DNA from: Ascidiella aspersa
Taxonomy: Eukaryota
Length of the DNA stretch: 64,000 nucleotides
Direction: 5' to 3'
Assembly (NCBI GenBank): GCA_963924565.1
Contig: OZ004610.1
Span: forward strand, 14,942,001 to 15,006,000
A program made the position numbers and the translations under genes. Under the pieces are notes generated by a model that had not been told where the DNA came from, made no database searches, and saw only the letters and a list, made by a program, of their open reading frames with translations. This document shows, in pieces, positions 35,855-48,710 of this stretch. Numbering within the stretch: position 1 is the stretch's first letter; the number at the start of each line of letters is the position of its first letter.

Positions 35855-38800
35855 ATTCGGACAAAAACAACATGTGTCCAAAAAAAAATTTTTTTTTTCG
35901 GGCCACATAACTACATACCCTTGGTTTTTTCGTAAGAATGCCGACAGCATAGTCCATATAGCGCTTCGTAAAGTCCACCACAGTTTCACGTTGTGGCGTT
36001 ATCGTCATTGCCGCTATAGCAAAATCAGCTTTCTAAAACGATAACCGGACCTTTTAACATAAATGGAAAAATCGCTTTATCGCGATCCAATACACAAGCA
36101 ACCAGAAATATATTGTTGATAATTATCGTCAATAAGGACATTACTAGTAATTTGAATGGGCCAACAGTACGATTTATCTTATAGTATTTCACGAGTATAG
36201 GCTTTGTAACGATAACATCCGACATTCCTAAGTGCAGCTTGTTATTTAAAGCTGAATGTTGCATAGCACCAACCTTTCCAACAACATCACCGACCAATCC
36301 GTTCCACTTGCCGTTTTTAAATGCCCCGTATTTGCGGTCTTCCACCTCGTACAACTCGTACTGAAACTGAAGCATTTCGGAAAGCATGTGGAGCAGGTCG
36401 ATTGAAAATCCAGAAAACTTGATGTTTCCATTCGAATCGTTGCGAACGAAAACAAACGGTTCGTCCTTTAAACGACAATAAAACGTTGTTTTTTTGCAAT
36501 GCAAATAGCTAACTTTGGCAATAGTCAAATTTTGTCTTTGTTAGATTTGTTGCCCCTTGTTTACTTTACTCATGTGTTGTACGGGTGCTTTACATGTTCT
36601 AGTCTAGGAAGTAATAGCCCAAAAGTTTATTGTGAAAATTAGCGACAACATTAAACTGTTCGGCCTGACATTGCCGGCAAGGACACTGTTTAATTAGCTT
36701 GTGAAGTTATGATTTGAAACAGTGGCTGGCCGGCGACCATTTTTGAACATTGCTAAGTAAACTAATTTTAATCTCTGTGTAAGAACATCGACGTAATTTT
36801 GAAAGAGGAATATGTTGTACATCGTTGTACGTATATGTTGTAGGCTACATCGACGTAATTTCGAAAAACTGCTATAGTGCGCAAATATGGCTTGTTTTTA
36901 ACTGATGTCTTTTTTAATTGCAGCGTTTTGCATCTGCGTCGATTGTATTGACACTAACTTGATTCTTGACTTGAACTAATAAGAGTTGGTGTGTATTGAT
37001 TTTGTGTGACTTTATAATCTTTCTCTGCTGTCGAAAAAAGAAAAAAATAACCAACTAATTTTCGTCAAGCAAGAGGTATTTCAAAAGCTTGAGGTTTGGT
37101 CCGTAGAAAAATGTTTTTCTGATCTAATTGAAAATGAGATGGAAAACACAGAGATCGCCTTAGCAAAGTATGATTAAAGGCAAGAATTTTCCCATTGGAT
37201 AAATGCGCTCTCCGTGAACTAAAACGTGATACGTGCGGCGGATAAGGTTTCGCAACTGCACAGGCTCAATCCTATTCTTTTGCGTAGCCTTCTTCGTGTT
37301 CGTGTGAAAGAAAGGCTACATAGCACAACATTGAGCTATGAGGCAAGACGCTCAATGATACTACCTAAAAACTCGTATGTAACGGAATTGGTGATCGACA
37401 ACTACCAATGCAGATGCCCGTGTTGTCGACGAAGATGTGGAAAATCCGGAGTGCAAATGATGGCAGATTGGTCGCCCGCCAGAATGCAAATGGGAGAACC
37501 GCATTTCTCACATATCGGCGTGGATTACTTCAGACCCACTTTGAATAAGGACAGAAGATGTGAAACGCTATGGTTGCCTCTTTACGGGCATAACAACGCA
37601 TGCGATCCACTTGGAGGTCGATTAAGATCTGTCGTCGATGCTTTTGGACGCTTCAGTAGCATGTTTCATGACAGGTACGGGGCCGTGATAGGGACGGCGA
37701 GAGGTATCACGAAGAGACCGATCGCCAACTTGCGAGTCATCGTTTCTGTATGTTCAGGCCTATGGGCCTATGGGCCATTTTGGACATTGATTGAATGGTG
37801 TCACACGGTGTTGTAAACGAAAATCACGAATCTTATTTTGTGTGTAAAAATGGGAAAAAGCTAGACGCGACTTGCGTACGGTGGGGCTTTCACTTGCATG
37901 TTTATAAATTATAGTCTGCTATACTCGCCTAGGCGGTCTCAAGTCATACAAATAAGTATAGAGCGAAGTATCATTCCTAATTGAGTAACTTTTTTTAATT
38001 AGATCACAATAAATGATGCATTGTGTTTAATGAAAATGTCTAATGTTTTTAATTTTTTTAACTTTTGTAAAGGTGGAATAGCATACATGGTACAATATTT
38101 TCCAACCACGTACTGCGGGTGAGTTAGTTGATTATATCAATGCTCTTCAACCTTTTTTGGTTTGGTGAACCCTTAAAGTTGTTCTGACGAATTCATGCAC
38201 TGTTTACTTAAAAGGTCAACTGAGGTTTTAACGCGATATGAAAAATCGTTATACATATCAATATCATCATGTCAATTAAACCGAAAGGAGTTGACAACAC
38301 ACTGTCGGTGAGAGTTCTATTACGGCTGCAGGCTACTTGCTAGTAGGCCTATACTATTGCATGTCATAAAACAGCATTCAAACAAATTTGTGAAAATAAC
38401 AAAAAGACTATATTTAATGACGGTTCTGTTTTCAAAAATGTCAAATATTAATGGTTCATTAAAAGTTTGTGATGCACCCTAGTATACGTTTTTGTACTGG
38501 TGCACCCCATGCATATTTTGGTACACCCTAGGGTGCACCGTTTACAGCGGTTAAAGAGCACTACATGATATGACACCCTTTTTACCCCAATGAGTAGCGT
38601 GCTTCACATCCACCCTATTTAGTCACTTTAAGGGGCGGAGTACAATATTATGTAGTCGGAGACGGACTCTGCGGTGACATTGTTGGAAAGTGTTTAGGCT
38701 TCTATACTTTTACTATTTTATTTCGATACTGGTGCCCGATATTTGAGGCCAAAAAGACGGCCGCCCAATCCAATCCGATACCAAAAGACGCAATTACCAT

Positions 38801-41800
38801 GGTTATCTAAAGCCAATTTAATAAAATTAAAACATTTAGCGCTACCATTTTCGATATTACAACGTCAAATTTGCTTTTTAGTGTGAAATGTACAAATGAA
38901 ATTATTTTCGCATCGTTACGGAAACCACCCGAGTATCAGACGAGTTTATTATCGGATATTTGCTTCGATTCGTTTTTATTTGGTCAAACTATAAATCGTT
39001 TAAAATCAACCATTATTTTTTTTACATAATCGTTTATACACTGTGTTGGGATCGTTCGGTTTTCGCAGAAAGTTTTTTTCGGATAAAATGTTTGATATCC
39101 ATACTTAACTAACATAGCTAAATCCAACTGCAGAACTGCTAAATAACATAACTTCGGTTGTTATCTTACCTCTAGCGTTGCAACCTTGAACGTTATGTTT
39201 TGCCACGAATATTCGCCGAGATATGCGTCTTTCTTTACATTTCCCATCTCGGGAGATTTGCTCGGAAGTTCCGTCGTCTTGCAACTTTGAATGGTGTCCG
39301 ATAACATGTGACATGCAGTCTAAGATTAGGTTACAGCTGTTAATTATGAGCTATGCCAAATTGACAAATCAGGCGGCTTTGCATTAGACTCTTACTGGGT
39401 TGAACAAGGGCTTAGGTCTACTCATTTATCAATTATTTTAAACATTTATCAATTTTTTTAAACACTTACGCTTAACAATAATATTTAGGTACTGTATTAT
39501 ATAATTATGGTTTTTTAGATTTACTTCACACGAAAATTTAAAAAATTAACTTGACGAGTGACTTATGCTTTCTACAGAAAACATATGTCAGATGTAGATT
39601 GAGTATAAGGCCACACAATTTTTCAATAACTAGAAAACTTACCCCATTTTCGATCATGGTGCATGCCTGAAGTTTTTCCTTTTCGCTGTTTAAATGAATT
39701 TGTTGATATGTTGTTATGAAAAATGGAAATGTTTCCGAGATTGGACGACTTGCTACAACTGCTAAATATAAGATCTAGTTTAACTTATCAAATTTACAAG
39801 TATAGCACACAGCAGGTTAATCAGTCTAGATTTTAGTAACAAAGTGTTTGAGACTTTATCTATGGCAGTCATTACTTTTTTTGTCAAACTTCATACGGAT
39901 TTGTTTTGTAAATATTTCCATTTCTTTTGTTTGAGACGCGTTCGGTCCACAACAAATAGTTTGATTCCAGTCATTCTCGCTAACAGCTAAATCTTTTATG
40001 GGGAGTTTGATTAAAGCTGGCAACAAATCTGTAATCGCCTTGGATATCTCGGCGTCCAGAACCTGGAAAATTATTGACATGTGAGAAGATACAGGGTCGA
40101 TTTTGTCTTTATTGGAACTTAACATGTTTTTGTTTTTTTTATGTATACAATGCTCCGCGGCGTTTTTAAGAGATACAATTATTGCCATGTAAAACCACGA
40201 AAAGCAAATAAGGCTGTAGTGTTTATATTAACTAGCATTATAATGTTATAGTTTTTTGACAGGAAAGGCCTTTTTAATGTGAAAAATGAGTTTTATACCT
40301 TGACAATTTCCTCTTCGCGCATCGTCAAGGTTGTTTCATAGGTTTTCGGCACTGTTAGTACTGTTAGGCCGCTGTGGAACAAAACGCTCTGTGCGAAGTA
40401 ATGCGAACTCCAACCCTAAAGAAGTATAGGAAAATGTCTTATCCTAGTTTGTTCAACCATTAAAATCTATATGAAACTTGCTAGTCTTACCGTATCCACA
40501 AGGTAGTAGTGAACGTAAAGACTGAATGGAAGTTTAGGAATCTGAAATACGAGAGTATATGGTTATAATGAACCCCGTTTTATTGTGTGTATAGCATACA
40601 TAAGGTTCGCATTTGTGGTTATGTTTAGTAGACTGATGTAGAGACAGCGTCCAGTAGTTGCCTACTGTTACATATGTTAAGAACAATTTATCGAAATTTA
40701 TTTTAACTTACGTAATAAAGGACAAAGGAGCGAATTGTTTCTTCTTCTCCGAGTACAACGAAAGCGAGCGACTCAGTCGTTATTTCTCCTGAATCATCAG
40801 TGTTCAGCACTTCATCCCACAACTCATTCTAAATGTTGGGCATTGTAAGTTATGTTACTCTATAGCAGTGTTTCTGAGCCTTTCATGGCTATAGCGGCAC
40901 CCCTCAGAAATAATAAATAGATTGTGGCACCCCTATAAAAATTTTCGTAGAAATGCACTAGAATGTCACAATAAACGGAACTGGAACAACACACATCAAC
41001 TCTACGTAGGAACACACGTCAAACCTACGTAGGAAGTTAAAATTGGATTTATTCCACTCTAATCTTACACAAAAAGTTGTTAGAGTTGAGCAAAAATCAG
41101 ATTCTTAAAGATTTCCAAATATGTCGCGGCACCCTCGAGGATTAGAAATGGCACACTAGGGTGCCGCGGCACCCCGGTTAAGAACCACCGCCCTATAGTT
41201 TAATTTAACCTATCAACAAGCAAACCTATATATCCTATATATTCAAAAATACGATTCTTAACATTGTTGCCTATATAAAAATAAAAGGATAATTATTTTT
41301 TGCCCTGTTTTATTTCCGTACTGGCATAAAAAACTGTATATTTTAAATTTTCATTCATTGTACAACTTCAGCCGCAAATTTTACCGCACAATATATTGTA
41401 CTATAATAGACGGTTTAGTCGAAAATATAAGCGTTAAATTTAACGCACAGTTTTACATATATTGTTCATAAAGGTAGATGGTTCAAGCAACTCGAATAAT
41501 TTGTTTTGTAACTCTTTTAACTTTAGAAAAGGTTCTGCTTACCATAGCTCTGCTAATCAAACTCGAAACAAGTTTGTGAGTGGATTCGTCAACCACGTCG
41601 TTACTTGATATATTTACTTTTATTTTTTGTATCGTTGTTCGGCGCATTTTATCTCCAAGCCCATCCACTACTGAGCCGATTTTTTCAGTATCTGTAAACA
41701 AATCTTAGATTTATACAAAATTTGTTGTAGCCTACGGCGGTATGTGTATAATGTGGCATAAGCAAATATTGTTTATACATTTGTATATTTGTCGGAGTTA

Positions 41801-44800
41801 ATGATAGATGAAAATGTGCAGAAAACAGTGTCTTTTTATTTTAAGGATCGAAATAGCAGCATTATAAATTAACGTGCCATCTGGCATCAAAAGTCGGTAA
41901 TCTGTAAATCCCGCCAATATACCATCAAATATGGTCCGTATTGATATTTTCAGACATCAAATTAAATGACGGACCGAACGCCAGGAGTCAAAACCTTTGT
42001 ATGTTGACAGGAGGTTAAGAGAGGTCATTAATACAGGCCGGGGTGGGCAACATTTTATTAGTTGCGGTCTAAAGCCAAACTCAGCAAAGTCTCTACCCAA
42101 TATTCAATAAAAGAAACGCTCGCGCTAATCACAAAAACTGCATTTAAAGAAATATTAAGGTTAATTTTCCAACAGATTTTATTGCTGCTCAGAAATCTCG
42201 TAGAAAGTTCTGGTAAACCCTAAAGCAGTGCGTTTATTTTGTTAAAATCCTTGTTTGGACTTAAGGGGTGGTTTTGCAGGTACAATGAACAAATTGTTGT
42301 TAATACGTTAAAATATCATCAACGCTATTATGTCGCAGAAATTAAAAGTTTAAACAAGTTCCATGAGTATGTATAGCCACAAAAAGAAGGCTGTAACAGA
42401 CATACTTACAGAAAGCGCCATAAATGCAATTGTTATCTGTTTTTCGGTGTAATTTAAATCGAAACCGGCTAGGTATTTACGCAAAACGCTAGAAAATACA
42501 TAATAAGCCACGTTGGCAAAAACGTTTACTTTTGGGAGTTCCATGGCGCTTTTGGGCAGAGGATATTTCCGCCACAACCATACAGTCGAAAGTTTTTCGT
42601 AATATAGTCGAAATATATGGAATATTGTTTCGTGCCTAGTTTGAAAAGGAGTCGGCGGGGCCGGATGATATACGTTATGGGGTTTGGAAACCCTGATATT
42701 AACAATTTCCGTAAAGAGATAGCCATTATGTATTGCGTTATACTATATCTTACCGACTGTGGAGTCGTAAATAATAATGACTTTTTGTCCAGGGGTGCAG
42801 GCCAAATACTTTCCCACTTCCTGACCGTTAAAGCGAGATTCGGGTTTAATCTCTCCAGTCGGTCTATCATTGTTTTCCATACGAGGTCTGGTAAATATTA
42901 AAGTTAGAAGTAAATGAACAATGATGTTTGGTCAAAGTTTTATTCATGAGGAAACGTGTTATTCCTTACCTAAAATGACATGTTACAAGAGAGTCCTCCT
43001 CAAATCGTATTGGTACTTCTAAGAGTGTTGTGTCAAGTGCCGTCGAAAAGACCGCTAGAGGAAGGTTACACGGCTTCCTTGAAACCGCAACAATGAGAAA
43101 GGGATTTGGCACCATTTTGACTCGACACACTACGCACAGTAAAAGTTTAATAGTTAATAAGCCTTAATATTGATATATGTGACAATGCCCATAAATGAAT
43201 CTGCTTTGCTTTATTGAATTTAGCAATAGTGAGTCTGTAATGCTACTACGTATATATATGAATGACAGAGGAACGCCAAGTCAATATTTTAAATTAAGGT
43301 AAAAAAATATTTGAGATTTGGGAAGCGCTGCGAACTGCGGGACTATTTATCGTGGCAAAAAAATTAATATTTTGTCTAATTTACACATTAGGTCAAAATT
43401 GTTTCAAGTGGAAATAGATTACTCTTTTACAAAAATAACAAATATTGCAGTGAGCTTTCTTTTAAAAATTGTAAATGTCTTTGAAATAAAATTGTTTTAA
43501 ATTTACTTTTGAATTATAGATAGCCAACATCATTTAAACTGTATTATATGTTTGTTCAATGAAACATACGCCTACACACATATGTGCGTTAACAACTGAA
43601 ATCTAGCCCTTTTGAAACTGCTTTTTGACCAACGATTACGGCTTACATATCATTAGTACACTTAAAGCCATTGCAGACTCATCGAATCTGTCAATCAATG
43701 ATGCAAGCATAGCAGGCTAGAAAAACAACTAGCCTGCAGTGAGGTTCGAACTCACGACCTCCGGTCAAGCCGGGACCGTCGCTCTACCAAATGAGCTATG
43801 CAGGTTCAGCGAGGAGCGAGTCGAGAAACAACCATACCCCAATGCTTGCTCAATCTGTTAGTACAAGCAACTTCATATTGAAGGGGATTCACAGTACCAT
43901 ATCATTTATTCAATGAAACATATGTACACACATATGTGCGTTAACAACTGTATTATATGTTTGTTAGAACAATATACGGTAGCATATCTGCAAGCCGGAC
44001 GAAAAGGGATCAGCTCGCACTTTGTTTTTGCTTCTTATGGTCATGTATTTCTGATTTTGACAATTGCATTGAAAAGTACTCTATTTTCTGTGACTTTTTC
44101 TGTAGTGATTCTCAACTATCCTATTGTTTTTCTTTGGCAATTTTGTAGCTGTTTGTTATGCCAATAATATCAACATTTTATCAAGAGTTTATACGCGACA
44201 AAATTGTCTGATTTGCGTTCCACCGGTCGTCAATAAAAACATCAAAAAAAAAAAAACTGACAAGGCCAAGATACTTATGCAGTACTTTTATACCAGGGCT
44301 TCCCAAACTTTTTTGGACCACGGACCACTATTTGTGAATCTGTTTTTTCGCGGACCGCAATACAAAGCAAAAAATAAAAAAGACCAAATATTATTTATTT
44401 ACAAAACTGACAACATCAATGGGACGGATGCGATCGCTTCTTTCTGCTTAAATCATCGATTTTCGGAGTTATTTGTGAAAGGCAAACTCGTAAGTCGGAG
44501 TATTTTGTCTTCATGTTGGTAAGAGCTGAAAATGCTGTCTCACACATGAAGGTCGTGGCAAATAAAATTCTAGAGGGCAATAAAAAAAAAATTCTAAAAG
44601 GCAATAAAATTCTAGTTGCCTTTTGCGATAAAAAAAGGCCCAACCAGAAGGATATAATAGCTATTAGATTGAAACTAAGCAATAAAGTTCGATCAGATGA
44701 TAATTCGGCTAATTCTTCATCTTCGCGTCCTGACAGATCAGTCTTTGTAACAACAAAACGGTTTAAAATCCAGTCAAAATTCTCATATGTCTCTTTTAAA

Positions 44801-47800
44801 AAGTATTTTAAAAAATGTGCAGAAAGCAATTCCAAATGCTGTGTAACGTCAGAGAAAATCAACTCTTTATTAATTAGAGGTTTATTGGTAATGTAGTCAC
44901 ACAAAACAGAAACACATTATCATTTATCCTTGTTTTCCATATGTTGAGTTTTTTCATGAATGATATTTTTATTTTGTTTTGAGTAAGTAAAATGTTCGCA
45001 TCTCTTCCCTGAAGGGACAAGTTTAATTGGTTAAGAAGGTTAAAAATGTCTGCCAGGTATGCAAGTTTCCCAAGCCGAAGTTCATCGGCGACTAGTGAAG
45101 CCAAGTCAGCATTGTGCGCTTGCAGGAAAACTAAAAGCTCCTCTCGCAGTTCAAATACGCGTTCTACAATTTTTCCTCTGGAGAGCCATCGAACCTCTGT
45201 ATGGAGCAAAAGGCTTGAGTGTTCTGAACCTCACTGGAGTGGGCGAGCTTTGATGGAGTTGCAACTTTGACACACAAAAACAAGACTTCAGACAGTGATT
45301 GTCCCAAATGTTTCGCAACAAGCGCTTCACGATGAATCATACATGAGTTTGTATAATGTTTGGTACTTTTTTCTCTGATACGAGTTACAGCACCCGATTA
45401 CTTGCCGGTCATCAAAGCTGCCCCGTCGGTGCATATTCCCACACATCGCTCCCACGACAATCCTGATTGTGAAAAAAACTCACATAGTATGTTAAAAACG
45501 TCTAAACCGGTTGTTCTGTACGGCATTTCATGACAGAACATAAAATCTGCTATCGTTTCACCACCCCAACAATATCGTAAACCAACAGTTGTGCTTGCTA
45601 GCAATGTCCGTACTTTCATCCAACTATGTATTGAATAATAAGTTTGATTCAGTCTCTCAAGCAACTGTGCTTTTATGTTGTTTGACATATCTTCTATTCT
45701 TCTTGCAATCGTATTGTTCGACAAAGGAATTTCTTTTAGCTTCGCTGCGCATTATCCATCCAAAACTACCTTACACATATCGATCGCTGCTGGGAGAATT
45801 AAATTTTCGGCGATTGAGTGAGCTTTTTTGGCTTGAGCTACTCTTAGCGCCACACAATAAGATGCTTTTGTAAATTTTTCGTTTAACAGCAAAACTTTTG
45901 AAAAACTATTTTTCTGCTTTAAATACTCTTTCTTCCTTCTTTTGAAAAAAAGCTGTGGCTTCTCAGCTAACTCGGGATGTTGAGCATTCGATGCCTCTTA
46001 CAATATAGTTGGTTTCATACCTTCATTTGATAATGTTTTGTAGCATATTAAGCACTGAGGTTTAGTAACATCAGAAGGGCATTCAATAAATCCCAGCTTA
46101 ATATACTCCTCATTGTATCTTCGTAAGCTTATCTTCTTTTTGGATAAAACATGCTGCTGGGGTTCACCTTCCGAATCATTGCAATCTTCTTTTCGTTTTA
46201 AAAATTTCTCGACAATTTTAAACTAGCCTACAACACTAAAATTTAAAGTTAAGTTACTGAACTTAACAACTAATTCAATGAGCAGTATAATCAAACATTA
46301 AATTATCCTTTAACTTCACTTCGTTTCTCATCTCTGCCTTTCAACAAACTTTTTACTCACTAATCTTAGTTTCACTAACTTTTGCGTAGGCAAACGTTTG
46401 AAATAATCTCAACAAAACCGCCAATTTCGAACGGTGATAAGAATATATTATTACGTCATAGACGAGGAATACGAGAATTTTTCGTAAACAACTTTTTGAC
46501 TACAACGAAGGCGCAACAATAAGATTTACGATACTGGATAGAAAAAGCTTCTGAAATCATTATTTGTGAATAACTGCGGCAATTTATCCTTGAAAGGGTA
46601 CGTACTGTACAACGTATGTGTGACTTGTTAATTTCTTGTCATATCGCCACGGACCACCTGAGCAGTCGTCGCGGACCAATGGTCCGCGGACCACAGTTTA
46701 GGAAACCCTGCTTTATACAACAACTGTGTTGTTTAAATCAACATATTCCTAATAGGTTAAAAAAATCTTATTTGAAGGTCAAGATTATTATTTAAGCAAA
46801 AAAATATATAGCCACCCAATTATAGTTAATTGATTGCAATACAATATATATTGTAGAATACAATATAAGTTGTAAAAAATTAACTGTATGATGCTCTATC
46901 TAAAATAATATATTAGCCTTACCTTTGTCCATGACATCCGACATGTTTGACATATCTACGGTGATTATCTCCCTAGTAGCAGAAGCTATTGCACCACTTA
47001 ACGAAGTTCGCTGTTCGTGCGATAAACTTTTAGCCTTTTCCGTCCACGCGTTTTGAATGACTTCGCGCAAAATGAATGGGTCAAAGTGCACGTCCGCAAG
47101 AAAAACTTAAATGTAAAAATAATAATAGTATAAGTTAAGGTAAAACATAAGGAAATGTTGAGTTGGAATATACTAGCTTGAAAGGCTTATTTCGCCATTA
47201 ATCGGATTTCATTTTTTCTGGTTGATGTAAATAAGTATTAATGCATTTTTTTATTTGTACCAAGTGATTAAGATATATGCCTATCTAATCATTTATGCGG
47301 ATGAAGTTTATATTAATTGACTAATCGATTACGGTCAATTCCCTAAAAAAAGTTAAAATCCATTTACCGCCCCTGCGGTGATGCTAAGCGTTTAATCTTT
47401 CTGTAAACCGCAGGGGTGGGCAACAATTTTAACACAAGGGCCAGTTAGTAAATGCAATGCTTACAGGAGGGCCGCACATCAACAAAACACTAATTTATAT
47501 TTTCAGCTTTTACTAGAAAAACTAATGAGCTACTAGGCTGCAACTACGGCAGTTTTGTCAGTGCTGTCTACTTGTGGATTCGGAAATATCTTTTCCTACA
47601 ATTTCATGACGCCTTTCTCGTACTGATCGGCTCAGTACAATTTAATTAACAGCCTTAATTTAAAACCAGTTGTTAAACATAACATCTCAGTAAATATGCG
47701 TGGCAAAAGTCTGTTACACCTTGACTGTACCAGACAAGTGTAACTGTGGCAAAACAATTCTTGTAAAACTTTTTTTTTACAAGTAAAACTTATGAATGAA

Positions 47801-48524
47801 GATTGTTTTGTAATAGATGCTTCCCATTCGTTCAACTGCATTAGTGTAGCGGTGTAGCCTATGGGTTACATCGCCCTTTCAACAGGAAACTGAAAGAGCA
47901 AAAGTTCCAACATGGTTCACACTCAAATGCTCCTTATTTAGGGAAAATAACTGAAAGAAGGTGAAGGGCCGCACAAAGAAATGGAAAAGGGCCGCATGCG
48001 GCCCGAGGGCCGCACGTTGCCCACCTCTGCTGTAAACGATCGATAGTTTTAATCCTTCCTATTGAGTGAAGAAAATATATTGACACGCTGCCAAACTTCT
48101 TTTTAGACTTGAAATTGCTTTTTGGATTCCTGTCAATGCTCAGTCTAAGCAATCGATAAAATCGATTGTTGATTTCCCCTTTTTTTAAATAAGACGGCCT
48201 TAAGTCATTAAACTTATCGGCATATATCAGTTTATTAGCATGACTGCACGGCTTAGTGAATTGTTAAACTTTTATCAAAATGAATTCCCACGATTTCCTG
48301 CAGTTTCGTTTGCCCGCTTTTCCGTAGTCTACTCGTAAGTGTTTTTTGGACTTGATAAAGTCTTTATTAATCAGTGTTACAAACCTCAATATTACTAAGT
48401 CCGCGACGTGTAGTTAGCTCGAGCTTTGCGGACCCACTATAGAGATAACAAGCTTACCTATTCGCCTTCCTTGTCCGAGGCATAGAAACAAGAGACACAG
48501 CAGCAACACAAACGATCGATTCAT
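27904..48524 (-). CDS. GRID: Ionotropic glutamate receptor, delta subfamily (GluD, GRID1/GRID2-like), 21 exons, about 976 aa
   Basis: Signal peptide [20 protein letters not shown]1 contains [24 protein letters not shown] and the delta-diagnostic [29 protein letters not shown]. Membrane region reads [50 protein letters not shown]2 reads [41 protein letters not shown]; M4 [17 protein letters not shown]. Exons: 48524-48458, 47105-46923, 43129-42970, 42887-42754, 41691-41543, 40828-40712, 40541-40491, 40415-40299, 40062-39897, 39761-39643, 39319-39170, 36465-36274, 36032-35919, 34289-34091, 33646-33422, 33065-32958, 31788-31632, 30568-30461, 30350-30224, 28513-28386, 28063-27904. All phases are compatible; the last two (cytoplasmic tail) exons are least certain. 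Confidence 0.93.
29001..29865 (+). mobile_element. hAT MITE family A, independent insertion in a GluD intron
   Basis: TIR caggggtcggcaacc / ggttgccgacccctg; perfect TSD ggctacag. Confidence 0.92.
30982..31573. mobile_element. hAT MITE with GAACC(G) subterminal repeats
   Basis: TIR cagggagtcgaaccg / cggttcgactccctg; perfect TSD ctataaac. Confidence 0.92.
34432..34538. repeat. About 33-bp minisatellite, 3 or more copies
   Basis: Variants of ccagggggtatagcgcggttctactatattata in tandem. Confidence 0.8.
37070..37745 (+). mobile_element. BEL/Pao LTR-retrotransposon relic (internally deleted pol/integrase region)
   Basis: Motifs RLNPIL..LLRV..RL....[25 protein letters not shown]...QMMAD..PAR....[11 protein letters not shown] and C-terminal KRPIANL are typical of BEL/Pao integrase regions. 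In-frame stops and deletions are present; no convincing LTR pair. Confidence 0.8.
38139..38563. mobile_element. Old hAT MITE
   Basis: caatgctcttcaacc ... ggttaaagagcacta ends; gcaccc subterminal motifs; TSD decayed. Confidence 0.5.
40866..41190. mobile_element. hAT MITE with GGCACCC subterminal repeats
   Basis: cagtgtttctgagcc ... ggttaagaaccaccg; flanks ctctatag / ccctatag. Confidence 0.75.
43537..43965 (-). mobile_element. Short retro-like element with about 44-bp terminal direct repeats, a 20-bp flanking duplication and a central tRNA-like unit
   Basis: aactgtattatatgtttgtt at 43537-43556 and 43946-43965; repeat ttcaatgaaacata..tacacacatatgtgcgttaacaactg at 43555-43598 and 43909-43950. 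Confidence 0.7.
43731..43805 (-). ncRNA. tRNA-like (pseudo-tRNA / SINE-type) Pol III unit
   Basis: ACCTGCATAGCTCATTTGGTAGAGCGACGGTCCCGGCTTGACCGGAGGTCGTGAGTTCGAACCTCACTGCAGGCT. It has an A box, B box (GTTCGAACC), D and T stems and acceptor CCTGCA/TGCAGG. The anticodon arm is shifted by 1 nt and lacks U33. A T5 terminator follows at 43725-43721. Confidence 0.75.
44294..46710 (-). mobile_element. Full-length but defective Buster/Charlie-type hAT DNA transposon in GluD intron 2
   Basis: TIR cagggcttcccaaact / agtttaggaaaccctg; flanks ttttatac / ctttatac (nnnTAnnn); cggacc subterminal repeats. Confidence 0.92.
44416..46135 (-). pseudogene. Frameshifted Buster-family (ZBED5/ZBED8/SCAND3-like) hAT transposase
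   Basis: [31 protein letters not shown] (BED finger), [78 protein letters not shown] and RSHPSH* are spread over several frames. Confidence 0.9.
47411..48029. mobile_element. hAT MITE in GluD intron 1
   Basis: TIR caggggtgggcaac / gttgcccacctctg; ctgtaaac on both sides, with 2 extra nt on the left; gggccgca repeats. Confidence 0.8.
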
Positions 48525-48710
48525 TTTTACCGATTAATACCAAATCCGTGCATATCATCAGAGTAGCCGAGGGATTTATTGATTTACTTCAGATTCAGTT
48601 TTGCTTAAGGAGCGCTTACGATGCTATTACGAAATTCAAAGCAATAACTATAATTAATAAATAGTAGACGCTCCAAAACTTACACTATAATTATTAAACT
48701 AAATCCAAAT

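Noticed and set aside
36657-37800. Possible LTR pair around the BEL relic (tgttcggcctg.. and tgttcaggcct..)
   Set aside because: Similarity does not extend beyond about 10 nt, and no PBS, PPT or TSD was identified.
42350-42720. Hydrophobic ORFs within GluD intron 4
   Set aside because: The region contains a hAT MITE end remnant (cagggtttccaaacc on the minus strand), and exon 4 splices in phase to exon 5 without it.
43731-43805. Functional tRNA gene
   Set aside because: A-C mismatch at pair 1:72, displaced anticodon stem, no U33, and embedded in a TSD-flanked repeat.
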